Positions 46,880-54,151 of a DNA stretch of 64,000 nt are shown here, one piece after another. The position numbers and the translations under genes are program-made. The DNA comes from Candidatus Cybelea sp. Lineage in GTDB: Bacteria; Vulcanimicrobiota; Vulcanimicrobiia; Vulcanimicrobiales; Vulcanimicrobiaceae. Within the stretch, counting starts at the first letter, position 1; the number at the start of each line of letters is the position of its first letter. The notes under the pieces were generated by a model, which was not told the DNA's origin, did not search any database, and saw nothing but the letters and a program-made list of their open reading frames with translations. The DNA lies in the NCBI GenBank assembly GCA_049578945.1, contig JBAUMX010000101.1, positions 8,864 through 72,863 of the forward strand, in the 5' to 3' direction.

Positions 46880-48100
46880 GTGTATCTCCTTTCGGACCGG
46901 GCGCGGGAGCTAATCTCTGAAGAGGAGCGATACGGCGCCCGCAATTACGCTCCGCTCGACCTCGTCGTCGAACGGGCCGAGGGCGTCTGGCTGTGGGACG
47001 TTGCGGGCAAGCGGTATCTCGACTGCGTGAGCGCATACTCCGCAGTAAACGTCGGGCATTGTCATCCCCGCGTCTATGCGGCGCTCGTCGAGCAAGGGCG
47101 GCGCGTGACCTTGACGTCGCGAGCGATGCGCAACGACCGGATGCCGGGCTTTTTGGAGAAGCTTACGCGAATCTGCGGTTTTGACAAAGCCGTGCCGATG
47201 AACACCGGCGTAGAGGCCGTCGAGACGGCCCTCAAGCTAGCGCGACGTTGGGGCTACGTCACCAAGCGAATTCCGGAAGACCGTGCCGAGATCGTCGTCT
47301 TCGAAAATAACTTTCACGGACGAACGATGGCCGCAATCAGTGCGAGCACGACGTACGAATATCGCGCGCATTTTGGTCCTTTTCTGCCGGGATTCGTCGC
47401 AGTGCCGTTCGGCGATTTCGGCGCTTTGGAGCGCGCGATAAATTCGAACACGTGCGCGATCTTGATCGAACCGATTCAAGGTGAAGGCGGCGTCAACGTC
47501 CCGCCGCCGGGATACCTGCAACGCGCGCGTTCGCTCTGCCGCGAACGCAACGTGCTCTTCATCGCCGATGAGGTCCAAACCGGGTTCGGGCGCACGGGCG
47601 AGATGTTCGGCTGCGATCACGAAAACGTCAAGCCCGACGTGTTGATTGTGGGTAAGGCGCTGGGTGGGGGCTACTACCCCGTCTCCGCGGCGCTTGCGAA
47701 CGATGAGTTGATGCGGCTCTTCCAGCCGGGCGACCACGGCAGCACGTTTGGCGGGAACCCGCTCGGTTCGGCGGTTGCCGATGCGGCCCTCGACGTGATC
47801 GTCTCCGAAGACCTTCCCGCTCGAGCCGCGCGCGCGGGCGCGGCGATCGAGCGAGGGCTGCGAGCGATCGGCTCGCCTTCGATCACCCAAGTGCGCGGAC
47901 GCGGTCTGCTGATCGGAATCGCGCTGACCTTCCCGGCCCATCGGCTCTCCGAGGCACTCCTGGAGCGGGGCATCGCCGCCAAGGACACCCGGCCGGACGT
48001 GCTGCGGATCGCGCCGCCGCTGGTCATCGACGATGCCGCCGTCGCCTACTTCCTCGAGCGCTTTGAGGAAGCTATCGGCAGCGTCCACGCTCGCTCTTGA
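46880..48100 (+). CDS. rocD: ornithine--oxo-acid aminotransferase
   Basis: From GTG 46880 it reads YLLSDRARELISEEERYGARNYAPLDLVVERAEGVWLWDVAGKRYLDCVSAYSAVNVGHCHP. PLP region is DEVQTGFGRTG...VGKALGGG. The upstream 248 codons of track ORF 46136..48100 are antisense to the hydrolase gene. Confidence 0.9.
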   Translation: MYLLSDRARELISEEERYGARNYAPLDLVVERAEGVWLWDVAGKRYLDCVSAYSAVNVGHCHPRVYAALVEQGRRVTLTSRAMRNDRMPGFLEKLTRICGFDKAVPMNTGVEAVETALKLARRWGYVTKRIPEDRAEIVVFENNFHGRTMAAISASTTYEYRAHFGPFLPGFVAVPFGDFGALERAINSNTCAILIEPIQGEGGVNVPPPGYLQRARSLCRERNVLFIADEVQTGFGRTGEMFGCDHENVKPDVLIVGKALGGGYYPVSAALANDELMRLFQPGDHGSTFGGNPLGSAVADAALDVIVSEDLPARAARAGAAIERGLRAIGSPSITQVRGRGLLIGIALTFPAHRLSEALLERGIAAKDTRPDVLRIAPPLVIDDAAVAYFLERFEEAIGSVHARS

Positions 48101-48217
48101 CACTCCCCCAGCCGGGCGTGATATTGTTGGCGGGCCGAAGCAGCGGCTCGTTCCGCTCACCGGATGCTCGCGAGCGATCCGGTCTTCACTTTAGGAACTC
48201 TCGGCTGGTTCCACGGT

Positions 48218-48248
48218 GGGGCTGCTCCGGCAGCGCCTTTTTATTTTT
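48218..48248 (+). terminator. intrinsic-terminator-like hairpin + T-run directly 5' of infC (rocD terminator or infC-operon attenuator)
   Basis: GGGGCTGC-TCCG-GCAGCGCC is followed by TTTTTATTTTT. The infC SD GGAG starts right after the T-run. A second hairpin, CCGGAT..ATCCGG, lies about 50 nt upstream. Confidence 0.55.
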
Positions 48249-48260
48249 GGAGATGAACAC

Positions 48261-48824
48261 ATAGCGAAACTTTTGCGGGTCAACGATCAAATTCGCGTTC
48301 GTTCGGTTCGGGTGATCGACGAAAACGGAAACCAACTCGGGATTTTACAAACCGAAGACGCGGCGGCGCGCGCGCGAGCCGCCGGGCTCGATCTGATCGA
48401 AGTCTCGCCGAACGCCCAGCCGCCGGTCTGTAAGATCGCCGACTACGGGCGGCTGAAATACGAGCAGTCGAAGAAAGACAAGGATGCCCGTAAGAAGCAG
48501 CGCCACTTCGAACTAAAGGAAGTAAAGCTGCGGCCCAAGATCGAGACGCACGACTACGAGACAAAGGCGCGAATGGCCGAGCGGTTGTTGCTCGACGGAA
48601 GCAAGATCAAAGTCACGATCATGTTCCGCGGGCGAGAGATCACGTACACGTCGTTCGGGCGCCGGTTGCTCGACCGCATGGCGGAAGACATGGCGCCGCT
48701 TGCCATCGTCGAACGCGAAGCGCGACTCGAAGGGAAGAACATGTTCATGATCTTGGCGCCGCGCGCGGTGCCGACCGGTCCGCCGAAGTTCTCAGTTCAA
48801 GCGAAGGAGCCTACAAGTGCCTAA
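48261..48824 (+). CDS. infC: translation initiation factor IF-3; probable non-canonical ATA start
   Basis: Reads VNDQIRVRSVRVIDENGNQLGI...DLIEVSPNAQPPVCKIADYGRLKYE...IMFRGRE. The track start GTG 48216 lies inside the terminator stem. GGAG at 48249..48252 sits 8 nt before the in-frame ATA 48261. TTG 48273 is the alternative. Confidence 0.9.
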   Translation: MAKLLRVNDQIRVRSVRVIDENGNQLGILQTEDAAARARAAGLDLIEVSPNAQPPVCKIADYGRLKYEQSKKDKDARKKQRHFELKEVKLRPKIETHDYETKARMAERLLLDGSKIKVTIMFRGREITYTSFGRRLLDRMAEDMAPLAIVEREARLEGKNMFMILAPRAVPTGPPKFSVQAKEPTSA

Positions 48825-49023
48825 AATACGAACCCACCGAGGAACCGCCAAGCGCGTGAAAGTCACCGCGACCGGTAAGGTGCTGCACCGCCATCAGTTC
48901 GACGGTTGCGGTCATATTCTCAGCAAAAAGACGCGCAAACGCAAACGGAAGTTCCGTAAGGATCAACCGACGTTCAAGGGTGACCTCAAACGTCTCGCGC
49001 CAACGATCCCGTATTTGGTGTAG
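48817..49023 (+). CDS. rpmI: 50S ribosomal protein L35
   Basis: MPKIRTHRGTAKRVKVTATGKVLHRH.... Overlaps the infC end by 8 nt. Confidence 0.95.
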   Translation: MPKIRTHRGTAKRVKVTATGKVLHRHQFDGCGHILSKKTRKRKRKFRKDQPTFKGDLKRLAPTIPYLV

Positions 49024-49037
49024 GAGGGTAAGGAAGA

Positions 49038-49397
49038 ATGGCACGGATCAAACGCGGCGTCGGCGGTCTCAAGCACCGCCGGAAGGTGATGAAGCTCGTC
49101 AAGGGCTTTCGCGCGGCGCGTCGCCGTAACTATCGCGTTGCGAACGAGGCCTTGCTCAAGTCGATGGCCTACGCATTTCGCGATCGCCGCGTTCGCAAAC
49201 GCGACTTTCGCTCGCTCTGGATCAGCCGCATCAACGCGGCGGCCCGCCGCGAAGGGCTTTCGTACTCCGTTCTCATGCACGGGCTCAAGAAATCGGGCGT
49301 GACGCTCAACCGAAAGGCGCTCGCCGACCTTGCCGTGTCCGATCAAAAAACATTCGGCGTCCTGCTCAATTTGGCGAAGAAAGCCTCTCAAAAATAA
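49038..49397 (+). CDS. rplT: 50S ribosomal protein L20
   Basis: MARIKRGVGGLKHRRKVMKLVKGFRAARRRNYRVANEAL...DRRVRKRDFRSLWISRINAAAR. Confidence 0.96.
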   Translation: MARIKRGVGGLKHRRKVMKLVKGFRAARRRNYRVANEALLKSMAYAFRDRRVRKRDFRSLWISRINAAARREGLSYSVLMHGLKKSGVTLNRKALADLAVSDQKTFGVLLNLAKKASQK

Positions 49398-49455
49398 TCC
49401 ACGACGCCCTATGCCCTAGCCGAGCCGGGGGCCAAAGGTATATAATCTTCGGACC

Positions 49456-50865
49456 ATGAGGCGTTCAGGCGCCGTCTTTGCGACGGTACTACTCGCCGGT
49501 GTTCTCACGCAAACTCCGCTCTTGATAGCGCGGGGCCAAACCGCACCTACGCTCCCGCCTGCCAGCTCTGCTGAGATTGACCGGCTGGCCCTCGGTGAGG
49601 TCCATGACGGCCGCACGCCGGGGATCGCAGTCGGGGTCGTCCAGGATGGCCGGCTGGTCTACGCTCGAGGGTTTGGATTCGCGACGGTTACCCCGCACGT
49701 CTCGATGACGCCCGACACCGAGTTCTACGCCGGAGGACTCACGACGGAGTTCACCGCCGCGGCGGTTCTGCTGCTCGCGCAAGACGGCAAACTCAAACTC
49801 GACGATCCAGTCTCCAAGTACGTTCCGGGGTTCAAACTCGGCGAGAACATCACGATAAGCCAGCTGCTCACGCAAACCTCGGGACTGCCGATCTATCCGG
49901 CGCCGGGAACCTCGCCGGATTTGACGCGATCGCTCGACCTCAACAAAGTCTTATCGTCGGTCGATAAAATGAAACCGGCCGCGCGGCCAGGATCCGTTTA
50001 CACGAATAACCCGCTTAACTATTTGCTTGCGGGAACGATCGTCGAGCGTGCCAGCGGCGTTCCGCTCTCCGATTACCTCGAGCAGCACATTTTTATTCCG
50101 TTGGTGATGAACCACACGTTTCTTGCCGGCGACAGCGGTATCTCACCAACCCGCGCGACGGGCTACACGCGATCCCGCGGCAGGTTCGAAGTCGCGCCGT
50201 CTTGGGATCCTTCGTGGCTTAACGGCGACGCCGGCTTGGTCACCACAATCAACGACCTCGCCAAATGGGATGTCGAGATGCCCGTCTTGCTGCGCGTGGA
50301 CTCGGTACGATCGCTCTTTACGCCCGGAACGAACGCGGGACCGACCGAGTACGGCATGGGTTGGGTCGTCGACCGCCGCGGAGGCCGGGACTTTTACTGG
50401 TCAAACGGCGAGATTTCAGGCTACAGAGCAATGAACGCGCTGCTTCCAGACCAGCACGTGAGCGTTATCGTGCTCTCGAACGCCGACGCGCTCCACGGTC
50501 CCGCTACGATTCCCGAAGAGATCGGGAATCGCATCCTCGACGTGCTCGCGCCACCCAAGATTGCACAACTCGACAATCCGGTAATCACCAGAGCCAAGGA
50601 TTGGCTCGCGCGGCTCGCGTCGCGGAACATCGATCGCTCGGAGCTCACGCCGACCTTCAGCGCGTATCTCACCGACGAGCTCATCGCTCGCGAAGACTTT
50701 GCCGCGCTTGGGACGTTGCAAACCATCGTGCCGGTCTCAAGCTCGACGGAAAAGAACGGCGACACGCTCTACGTATTCTTGGTGCACTATCCAAGCGCGC
50801 AGTACCGGTACAATTTCGAAGTCGCGCCGAACGGGAAGGTCGACGGAATTACACTCACCGGCTAG
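49456..50865 (+). CDS. secreted beta-lactamase-fold (class C/PBP-like serine hydrolase family) protein lacking the SxxK motif
   Basis: Has a signal peptide. PDTEFYAGGLTTEFTAAAVLLLAQDGKLKLDDPVSKYVPGF aligns with the family pattern dT.F.igSvsKtfTa, but has G and T at the Ser and Lys positions. The YxN motif is retained (VYTNNPLNYLLAG). Confidence 0.7.
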   Translation: MRRSGAVFATVLLAGVLTQTPLLIARGQTAPTLPPASSAEIDRLALGEVHDGRTPGIAVGVVQDGRLVYARGFGFATVTPHVSMTPDTEFYAGGLTTEFTAAAVLLLAQDGKLKLDDPVSKYVPGFKLGENITISQLLTQTSGLPIYPAPGTSPDLTRSLDLNKVLSSVDKMKPAARPGSVYTNNPLNYLLAGTIVERASGVPLSDYLEQHIFIPLVMNHTFLAGDSGISPTRATGYTRSRGRFEVAPSWDPSWLNGDAGLVTTINDLAKWDVEMPVLLRVDSVRSLFTPGTNAGPTEYGMGWVVDRRGGRDFYWSNGEISGYRAMNALLPDQHVSVIVLSNADALHGPATIPEEIGNRILDVLAPPKIAQLDNPVITRAKDWLARLASRNIDRSELTPTFSAYLTDELIAREDFAALGTLQTIVPVSSSTEKNGDTLYVFLVHYPSAQYRYNFEVAPNGKVDGITLTG

Positions 50866-50893
50866 CGCGTGTAGGCCGCGCTAGCGGCGCAAG

Positions 50894-51169
50894 CTAATCT
50901 TCGCCGTCGGCGAGACGGCGGCCGGTCGCCTCGACGACTTTCCCGAGCATCGTTACGGCTTCCGCGCGAGTGGCGTTGCTGAACATGTAACGTAGATGCT
51001 CGTCGGCGTCTTCGACGATCAAAACCGCTCGCCGTCCTCCGCGGACCGAAGCAATGAGCGAGCTCAGATAGGTTTCGTCTTCGGGTGCGAGCACTGAGTG
51101 CTCCCCGCCGTCGCGATTGCGCTCCAGCAATCGTTTTAGTACGGCGTCAATGTCGCTTGGTATGTCCAC
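50894..51169 (-). CDS. hypothetical small acidic protein
   Basis: 91-aa ORF. GTG start preceded by GGAGG at 6-nt spacing. No family recognised. Confidence 0.5.
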   Translation of the reverse strand: MDIPSDIDAVLKRLLERNRDGGEHSVLAPEDETYLSSLIASVRGGRRAVLIVEDADEHLRYMFSNATRAEAVTMLGKVVEATGRRLADGED

Positions 51170-51232
51170 GACTTACCTCCAAGACCTATGTCCGCCACGT
51201 TGGTAGCAACGGCGACGGTGCGAGAATATCTT

Positions 51233-51769
51233 TTAAATTTTATCCTCTCCACCCTGCAGCCAGAAGAGTGCGATCACGGTTTTTGCGTCGGCCGTGCCCT
51301 CAGCGACCAACCGCCATGCCGCGCCGAATTCAAAGCATGCGATGTCGATCCGTTCGTCCTCGTCAAAGCTTGGCTCGCCCGCCGTAAGCCGGTCGGCGTG
51401 GAAGAAATGCATCACCTCCGAACAGAAGCCCGGAGACGTCCAGACCGAACCGATGGGCCGAATGCGACCGGCAGCGTAGCCGGTCTCTTCGCGCAGCTCG
51501 CGTTTCGCGCCGTCGAGCGGACTCTCGCCGGGTTCCGCGCTGCCTGCCGGTATTTCCCAGAGAAGCGAGCGAGCCGCATGGCGATATTGGCGCACGAGCA
51601 CGATCTCGCGCGGCGAGGGTGTTGCGACGATTCCAAGCGAGACACCGTGCTCCACGACGTCGAGCCGTTGCTCGGCTCCGTCACTATAGCGAACGTGGTC
51701 GGAGCGAACGTTGAAGACGCGCCCTTCAAAGAGACGCCGGGAGGCGAGGAGTTGGGGCACTTCTTCCAT
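51233..51769 (-). CDS. NUDIX hydrolase (ADP-ribose pyrophosphatase-like)
   Basis: Start moved to ATG 51769 (MEEVPQLLASRRLFEGRVFNVR). Nudix box is GSAEPGESPLDGAKRELREETGY. Confidence 0.88.
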   Translation of the reverse strand: MEEVPQLLASRRLFEGRVFNVRSDHVRYSDGAEQRLDVVEHGVSLGIVATPSPREIVLVRQYRHAARSLLWEIPAGSAEPGESPLDGAKRELREETGYAAGRIRPIGSVWTSPGFCSEVMHFFHADRLTAGEPSFDEDERIDIACFEFGAAWRLVAEGTADAKTVIALFWLQGGEDKI

Positions 51770-51817
51770 TGGCGCGAGCTTGGCGGAACGGCGGGCCCGC
51801 GCCTCGTAGCCAGTTGG

Positions 51818-52024
51818 ATGGCGTATCCAAGATCGTCCGTTGCCACCGAGATCGGTTGGCTTGCGTACTTTCTGGTCGTCTTCGTCGCCGCGGTCTACTT
51901 GTTGGTGCGAAGCCTCGTGCCGCACCACTTCAACGACAAGATCGCAATCGCGCTCGCGGCAATCTTGGCCGGTCTGGTCATGATCGGGACGCGCGCTTGG
52001 GTTGGCCAATGGCGACGCGACTAG
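51818..52024 (+). CDS. possible small two-TM membrane protein
   Basis: The C-terminal 68 codons of track ORF 51188..52024, starting at ATG 51818. They read MAYPRSSVATEIGWLAYFLVVFVAAVYLLV...IAIALAAILAGLVMIG. The ORF fills the gap between the NUDIX and TrmH genes. The upstream part of the ORF is antisense to NUDIX. Confidence 0.3.
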   Translation: MAYPRSSVATEIGWLAYFLVVFVAAVYLLVRSLVPHHFNDKIAIALAAILAGLVMIGTRAWVGQWRRD

Positions 52025-52776
52025 GAAAACGCGCCGAGCGGCTCACCGGCGTCCGAGCGTTACGTACGGTCAAGGGGCGCAGCGAGCGGCAGCTCTTCGC
52101 GTTCGAAGGATCAACGTTGCTCGCGCAAGCCGTGGCCGCCGGCTTTCCGATCGCCGAAATCTACGCAACCCAGGCAGCCTACGATTCGACGGCGATGCTG
52201 CGCGAGCTCGAAGGCCAAGAGACGCCGGTCTTTATCGTAGACGAGGCCGCGGTCGCCGGCATCTCCGACCTAGAGACGCCGAGCGGAATCGTGGCGGTCG
52301 CGCCAATTCGCCTGCATAGACCGGACGCGCTATTCAAACGCGGAAGCCCGCTTTTGGTGCTCGCGGACCTCAACGATCCGGCCAATGCCGGCACGCTCCT
52401 GCGCTCGGCCGACGCCTTTGGCTCTCCCGGCGTCCTCTTTGGCCGGCTTGGGGTAGATCCGTATCACCCAAAGGTCGTCCGTGGCTCGATGGGCGCAGCC
52501 TTCCGCATCGCCCTGAGCGTCGCCGACCCGCCGGCTGCTGCCGCTGCGGCAGCTGATGCCGGCGTCCGCCTCCTCGGTCTCGCCGCCGGCGGCGCGCCTA
52601 TTCCCGGTGAAGGCTGGCAAGCGCCACTCGCCATCGTCGTCGGCCACGAACGGCGCGGATTGGGGCGCTGGGAGAGCCTTTGCGAGTATGTGCTGGCGAT
52701 TCCAATGACCGGCGCCGCCGAGAGTTTGAGCGCCGCCGTGGCGGGTTCAATCGCCCTCTACGAAGCGACTCGATAA
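52009..52776 (+). CDS. TrmH/SpoU-family RNA 2'-O-methyltransferase
   Basis: Start at ATG 52009 (MATRLGKRAERL). Has LADLNDPANAGTLLRSADAFG, VVGHERRGL and IPMTGAAESLSAAVAGSIALYE. Confidence 0.88.
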   Translation: MATRLGKRAERLTGVRALRTVKGRSERQLFAFEGSTLLAQAVAAGFPIAEIYATQAAYDSTAMLRELEGQETPVFIVDEAAVAGISDLETPSGIVAVAPIRLHRPDALFKRGSPLLVLADLNDPANAGTLLRSADAFGSPGVLFGRLGVDPYHPKVVRGSMGAAFRIALSVADPPAAAAAAADAGVRLLGLAAGGAPIPGEGWQAPLAIVVGHERRGLGRWESLCEYVLAIPMTGAAESLSAAVAGSIALYEATR

Positions 52777-52906
52777 GTCCAATCACGCCTTGTCAAGAGA
52801 GTGGTCTGGGCCAAAAAAGTCAAGACTACCGGGGATAAAAGTCACATGGTATACTCAGGCGACGTGGGCCGCCGGGGCATACGGCTCAGAAGGAGACTGC
52901 AAGCGC

Positions 52907-53008
52907 ATGGCAACGTCCAATCTCTTCTGGAGGCTTTTCGCACAAACGGGTTCGATCGACGCGTATCTGGCTTATCGAAGGCTGCACACGGCACCAACGC
53001 CGACCTAA
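52907..53008 (+). CDS. YqzL-like small protein (33 aa)
   Basis: ATG 52907 lies 10 nt after AGGAGA. MATSNLFWRLFAQTGSIDAYLAYRRLH matches my memory of the YqzL family core (F.W..F..TG.IDAYLL(Y/F)KE). The upstream part of track ORF 52790..53008 is unlikely to be coding. Confidence 0.55.
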   Translation: MATSNLFWRLFAQTGSIDAYLAYRRLHTAPTPT

Positions 53009-53050
53009 AACGGATCCGGCCGCAGAGCGAAGTCGACAGCGGTTTTGGAG

Positions 53051-53089
53051 GCGCCCGGTAACGTAGAACGAACCGGGCGCTTTGCTTTG
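53051..53089 (+). terminator. intrinsic-terminator-like hairpin between the YqzL-like ORF and pheS
   Basis: GCGCCCGG (53051..53058) pairs with CCGGGCGC (53073..53080) across a 14-nt loop. It is followed by TTTGCTTTGG and ends 14 nt before the pheS ATG. Confidence 0.5.
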
Positions 53090-53103
53090 GAATCCTTAGA
53101 GCG

Positions 53104-54138
53104 ATGACGGAATTGGCAGAGGACCTCCGCGAGCTGCAAGAGCGCTTTGCCGCCGCCGCCGATGCTGCCGCCGACGAGCAGGCGCTTGAGAGCGTGCGCG
53201 TTACGTACCTCGGCCGAAACGGCGAGGTAACGAAAGTGCGCCGATCGATTGGAACCCTTCCGGCGCGCGAGCGCCCTGGCGCCGGCAAGGCCATCAACGA
53301 TGCCGTCGCCGTGATGGAATCGCGTTTGGAAGAGCTTCGCGCGGGGCTCGAATCGCGCGACCTTCAATCCGAGCTCACCGCCTCGATCGACGTAACCTTT
53401 CCGGCGATCCCGCCGCTCGCCGGCTCGATTCATCCCGTGCGGCGCATCATCGGAGACAGCTGCGCGTATTTTACGCGCCACGGCTTCGCGGTCGTCGTCG
53501 GTCCGGAGGCCGAGCCCGACTACTATAATTTCGACGCGCTCAACATCCCCAGCGATCATCCGGCGCGCGAGAACTTCGATTCGTTTTGGCTCACCGACAA
53601 GCTGTTGCTTCGGCCGCATACGTCCCCGATGCAAATTCGTACGATGCAGCAGCATCGGCCGCCGATCGCTATCGTCGCGCCCGGAAAATGCTACCGGCGC
53701 GACGCCGTCGACGCACGCCATCTGTTTCAATTTCATCAAGTCGAGGGGTTGCTCGTCGCCGAGGGCATTCATTTCGGGCATCTGAAAGGGATGCTCACCG
53801 GTCTGTGCCGCGAGCTCTTCGGTGAAAGGCAGAACGTGCGCTTTCGCCCGTCGTACTTTCCGTTCACCGAGCCCAGCGCCGAAGTCGATACAACCTGCCC
53901 GAAATGTCGAGGCAGTGCCGCAGCTTGTAATATGTGCGGAGGATCGGGCTGGATCGAGCTCGGCGGAGCCGGAATGGTGCACCCGAACGTCTTGCGCGAG
54001 GTCGAGTACGATCCCGATCGCTACTCCGGCTGGGCCTTCGGTTTTGGCGTCGAGCGACTCGGCCTGGCCCGCTACGAAGTCGACGATGTCCGGCGATTCA
54101 TCAACGGCGATCCCGATTTTTTGACACAGCTCGCTTGA
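53104..54138 (+). CDS. pheS: phenylalanine--tRNA ligase alpha subunit
   Basis: 344 aa. Has HPARENFDSFW, LLRPHTSPMQIR and FPFTEPSAEVD...GWIELGGAGMVHPNVL, with a CxxC..CxxC insertion. Confidence 0.96.
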   Translation: MTELAEDLRELQERFAAAADAAADEQALESVRVTYLGRNGEVTKVRRSIGTLPARERPGAGKAINDAVAVMESRLEELRAGLESRDLQSELTASIDVTFPAIPPLAGSIHPVRRIIGDSCAYFTRHGFAVVVGPEAEPDYYNFDALNIPSDHPARENFDSFWLTDKLLLRPHTSPMQIRTMQQHRPPIAIVAPGKCYRRDAVDARHLFQFHQVEGLLVAEGIHFGHLKGMLTGLCRELFGERQNVRFRPSYFPFTEPSAEVDTTCPKCRGSAAACNMCGGSGWIELGGAGMVHPNVLREVEYDPDRYSGWAFGFGVERLGLARYEVDDVRRFINGDPDFLTQLA

Positions 54139-54151
54139 CGAGGGAACCGCG

